Shown in pieces: positions 60,876 to 64,000 of a stretch of 64,000 nt of DNA. Each line of letters begins with the position of its first letter. Position 1 is the first letter of the stretch. The DNA lies in the IMG/VR virus record IMGVR_UViG_3300020202_000070, positions 1,942-65,941 of that record. The stretch is one strand, 5' to 3'. The notes below the pieces were generated by a model. It was not told the DNA's origin. It did not search any database and saw nothing but the letters and a program-made list of their open reading frames with translations. The position numbers and the translations under genes were made by a program. This stretch comes from a virus. Taxonomy: Duplodnaviria; Caudoviricetes.

Positions 60876-61253
60876 ATGGCGACACACTTGCCGGCGGAGT
60901 TTTTCCGCCGCGGCGGGACGTGGTTCGTGGCGGGCCTTCCCATCACAGAGACGGAGGATGTGGCGCTGGATAAGGCGCACGCCGTCCGTGTTGAGGAGAA
61001 GACCTGTCTGCCGCTCTTCACCTCACGTGAGAACGCGCGACAGTATGCGAGCGTTGTCCTCGGTGACGGGTACGACGCGGTCGGGTTCAACGACCTTCAG
61101 CGGCAACTACAGACCCTGGACGCCTTCGCCCAATCGGGGTGTACTCATGTCGTCTTCGACCCGCGACCAGAGGGAAACGTCTTCGTCCCCATCGGGGACG
61201 CCGCCGACGCCCTTCGGCGATTTCTGCTCCAGCCCCCTCCATCTGCAAATTAG
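60876..61253 (+). CDS. Hypothetical protein (SseB-like LPLFTS motif)
   Basis: GAGGA RBS; CLPLFTSRENARQY. Confidence 0.55.
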   Translation: MATHLPAEFFRRGGTWFVAGLPITETEDVALDKAHAVRVEEKTCLPLFTSRENARQYASVVLGDGYDAVGFNDLQRQLQTLDAFAQSGCTHVVFDPRPEGNVFVPIGDAADALRRFLLQPPPSAN

Positions 61254-61358
61254 CAACGCCGCCGTCGCCGCCGCGGCAAAACGCCAGGGGCTCGATCCGT
61301 CTCTGGAATCGTTCCTCGCCGGCCTCGTGCTCGGTGACGCGCAGAACGGGAGCGGCCA

Positions 61359-61688
61359 GTGAGCGAGGAGCAGAACGGCCCGCCCTTCTGGGTTCGCCGC
61401 CGGGGCCGCAACCTCCCGCGGTGGGAGCCCATCCCGCCGGGCCTGGCGTACATCCCGTATCAGCCGCGCACCGATGAAGAGCGGCGACTGATGGACCAAA
61501 AACACATGCACGCAGCGCTCGCCGCGGCGCGGCTCGATCTGATCGACAACCCGCCCGCCGAGGTCCGGAGGATTCCCTTCGAGGAGGTGATGAAGGTTCT
61601 CCGCGAGCTGTTCACGCAGCCGTCTCCCGACGCCCCGCACATCGTCGAGCAGCCCCAACCCCTTCCGCCCGCCACTCCCGCCGAGTAA
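61359..61688 (+). CDS. Hypothetical protein
   Basis: GGGAG RBS; coding-like ORF. Confidence 0.5.
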   Translation: MSEEQNGPPFWVRRRGRNLPRWEPIPPGLAYIPYQPRTDEERRLMDQKHMHAALAAARLDLIDNPPAEVRRIPFEEVMKVLRELFTQPSPDAPHIVEQPQPLPPATPAE

Positions 61689-61785
61689 GCTCAATGCCGC
61701 GCGACCCGGCCGTCGGGGGACGGTGCGGGCCGCGCGACCCGCGGGCCGGTGCGTGCGCCCGCACTTGCCTACGGCCGGAGGGAAC

Positions 61786-62097
61786 GTGGAAGGCTGGATG
61801 ATCCTCTCCGGGCTGTGCGTCTCGGCCCTCGTCGGCCACCTCCTCGGCAAATCGAAGGGCAAGCCGGTCGCCGGCGCGCTCATCGGCTTCTTCTTGGGGC
61901 CGCTCGGCTGGCTGCTCGTCTCGCTCTCGCCGGACGCTCGTCCGAAGTGTCCGCACTGCAAGGGCGCGATCGTCGCGGGCGCTAAGAAGTGCCAGAACTG
62001 CGGCTCGGAGATTCCGCGATGTCCGGCGTGCGGCAAGCAGGTGGGCCTGAAGCACGCGGTGGCGTGTCGCCACTGCGGCGCGGACCTCGACGGGTAG
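61786..62097 (+). CDS. Membrane protein with a double zinc ribbon (moron-like)
   Basis: Two TM helices (GFFLGPLGWLLV), CPHC..CQNC..CPAC..CRHC. Confidence 0.75.
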   Translation: MEGWMILSGLCVSALVGHLLGKSKGKPVAGALIGFFLGPLGWLLVSLSPDARPKCPHCKGAIVAGAKKCQNCGSEIPRCPACGKQVGLKHAVACRHCGADLDG

Positions 62098-63060
62098 CTA
62101 CGCGCCCGGCTTGATCAGATCGTCGAAGTTCGACAGTGGGTACGGCGGGGTTTCCACTGCCACACCCTTCCGCCGCACGCGGCCGTACTTGCGCTCGCCG
62201 GCCGTCGTGCGGTCGCGCTTCTGGTAGCCGTTCCAGCCGAACTTGCCCGGCCGGTAGTCGAAGACGAGCGGCACGTCGGTGTAGTAGCCGCCGTCGGCCC
62301 CCATGTACCAGTCGATCTCCTCGACCGGTCCGCGGAACAGCAGGCTCTCCTTCTTGTAGACCTTCCCGTTCTTCTCGAACTGGAAGTCGGTCGCGTTGAC
62401 CGTGAGCATCCGGTCGGCGTGCAGCTCGAACGGGTACGCCTCGAACGGCACGCGCCACCACGTCGCCGTGATCATGATGGTGTAGTCCGGCTCGAAGGCG
62501 GCCTCTTCGGGGAGCGGCTGCCAGTTGGCCGCGGCCGGATCGTCGCCGGTCGCCGACGTGTTGTACTCGAACCCGAAGGCGACGCGACGCTCGCGCGGCA
62601 CGTACCGTCGGCGGAAGGAGACGAAGCGGTTCTTCTCGAGCCCGTCAAACCCCGCCGCGAGGCTGGAGTCAGTGCGGAGCTTGTACTTCGGCTTCAGGAA
62701 CACGATCTCGTAGATCGCCCAATCAAGTTCGATCGTGTTGCCGTTGATCTCGTTGTTCACGTCGCTGCGGGTTTCGTACATCCCGCAGTCCACGAGCCGG
62801 TAGGAGTCGGCCCACAGGTCGGCGCGGAGCGGGCAGGCCAGCGGCAGCGTCCGCGTGAGCCGCTGGCTCGACCTGTCCCAGGTGGCGAACCCCATGACCT
62901 CTTGCAGGAAGGCGGCGGCGAACTGCCACTGCACGAGCACCTGGAGCGTGACCTGGTTCGCGTCCGCCGCGCCCTTCTCGGAGTACGAGTCGACCAACTG
63001 CTGATACGCGATGCCACCGGGCGTCCGGCTGACGACAGTGGCGTTTGACGGGCGGGCCAT
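62098..63060 (-). CDS. Putative tail (distal/baseplate hub) protein
   Basis: Downstream of the tape-measure-like gene; TVNATDF...SLLFRG. Confidence 0.6.
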   Translation of the reverse strand: MARPSNATVVSRTPGGIAYQQLVDSYSEKGAADANQVTLQVLVQWQFAAAFLQEVMGFATWDRSSQRLTRTLPLACPLRADLWADSYRLVDCGMYETRSDVNNEINGNTIELDWAIYEIVFLKPKYKLRTDSSLAAGFDGLEKNRFVSFRRRYVPRERRVAFGFEYNTSATGDDPAAANWQPLPEEAAFEPDYTIMITATWWRVPFEAYPFELHADRMLTVNATDFQFEKNGKVYKKESLLFRGPVEEIDWYMGADGGYYTDVPLVFDYRPGKFGWNGYQKRDRTTAGERKYGRVRRKGVAVETPPYPLSNFDDLIKPGA

Positions 63061-63063
63061 CGG

Positions 63064-63492
63064 TCACCCCGTAATGTGCAGCGGCATGACGACGTCCCGG
63101 GCGAACACGCCGAACTCCAGATTGATCTGCATCCAGACCGCTTTCTTTGCGTCGACCACTTTGCGGACCCGGGTGACGAGGCTTCGGGTCAGCAGGCTGT
63201 ACCGGTCCTTCTCCCCGTCTTTGAGGTAGATCACCGGGAACTCGTTACCCTCGGTGAACCCCAGCACGTGCGTGTACAGTTGGTCGTTCTCCGCGACCCG
63301 GAACATCGCGGACTCGACCCGCCGCACTTTCGGAAGCCCCTCGACCCAGCCGAGGCATCCGGCACTGACGGTGGTGCGGACGTCGACCGCGGTGACGACC
63401 TCGTAGATCGCGCAGTGCTGGAGGAGCCCCTGGCTCGTGCTGAGCGGGCGGCGGACCACCAGCCACCCGCCCATTCCCCGATAGTGTGCCAC
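63064..63492 (-). CDS. Putative tail protein
   Basis: Tight operon spacing in the tail module. Confidence 0.5.
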   Translation of the reverse strand: MAHYRGMGGWLVVRRPLSTSQGLLQHCAIYEVVTAVDVRTTVSAGCLGWVEGLPKVRRVESAMFRVAENDQLYTHVLGFTEGNEFPVIYLKDGEKDRYSLLTRSLVTRVRKVVDAKKAVWMQINLEFGVFARDVVMPLHITG

Positions 63493-63495
63493 GGC

Positions 63496-64000
63496 TCACC
63501 CTCCCGGTCGGGCAAGGCCCGGCCCGCCGGAGCGCCGCGCCTCTTCTCGCATCGCTTCCAGGGTTTCGTGGATTCTGTTCAGCAACACCGAGACGCCGCC
63601 GCCCGTCTCGGTGTCGCGGTTGGCCTCGATGCTGGACACCGCCGCGGCGATCCGGTCGTAGCCCGTCCCCGGCGCGTCGAAGCCGAAGCCGGCCGGCGTG
63701 ACCGACCGCCGCCCCTCGCGCTCGCGCCGCTCCTCCTCTTCCGTGCGCGGCCCGGAGGTGAGGCCGAGCGTCTTGCCGATCGCGCGGCCGCCCGTCCAGA
63801 ACAGGGCCTCGGCCACCGAATCGCCGCCGGCCCGGAGCCGAGAGAAGTATTCGCTCGGCCTCTCGCCCGGCCGCTCGTACGGCGCACCCGCGGCCGCCGC
63901 CGCGGGCACGGCCACGACGCCGCCGCGGGCCAGCCACTTCAGGCGCGACGCGCCCGCGCCGGCCGCGGCGCCGGCCGCCGCGCCGGCCCCGGCGGCTCCC
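63496..64000 (-). CDS. C-terminal part of a probable tail tape measure protein (5' truncated)
   Basis: Frame stays open to the window edge; Ala/Gly-rich; ends LLNRIHETLEAM. Confidence 0.55.
   Translation of the reverse strand, partial: GAAGAGAAAGAAAGAGASRLKWLARGGVVAVPAAAAAGAPYERPGERPSEYFSRLRAGGDSVAEALFWTGGRAIGKTLGLTSGPRTEEEERREREGRRSVTPAGFGFDAPGTGYDRIAAAVSSIEANRDTETGGGVSVLLNRIHETLEAMREEARRSGGPGLARPGG

Larger units (their letters stand above)
1..64000. mobile_element. Temperate tailed phage genome (Caudoviricetes), probable Planctomycetota/Gemmataceae host, permuted with integrase/attP in the middle
   Basis: Terminase, portal, MuF, protease, capsid, recombination/replication genes, integrase and tail-like genes span the window; no host housekeeping genes recognised. 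Confidence 0.93.

Overview
The whole window is phage DNA: a very GC-rich temperate tailed phage, probably of a Gemmataceae planctomycete, judged from five TIGR02996-type genes, a Gemmata-type '[13 protein letters not shown]' domain and a planctomycete-type HTH regulator. Minus-strand packaging and head genes fill about 0-23.7 kb (methyltransferase, terS, terL, portal, MuF, protease/scaffold, decoration protein, major capsid). A long minus-strand early/replication operon fills 24-44.8 kb (ParB, AAA_25 helicase with an iteron-like origin, YqaJ exonuclease, Sak4-like ATPase). A divergent switch and a tyrosine integrase with an apparently intact attP lie at 44.5-48.7 kb, and lysis and tail genes at 54-64 kb. 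The sequence therefore looks like the unintegrated, circularly permuted genome. The main finding lies inside the early operon: a 440-aa Cas12f/TnpB-fold protein (38032-39354) with a dead, truncated RuvC and an added N-terminal zinc finger, directly followed by a leader and a 7-repeat/6-spacer CRISPR array (37409-37883). No cas1, cas2 or other cas genes are present, so this is a candidate phage-encoded, nuclease-dead RNA-guided system. Other highlights: a portal-metallopeptidase fusion on a 5.5-kb cassette bounded by 21-bp direct repeats, a tRNA-Gly-like RNA with a 9-nt anticodon loop, a conserved leaderless late-promoter motif, and a lysis region with a papain-like protease but no recognisable endolysin. 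All family assignments are by-eye motif recognition; no searches were run.
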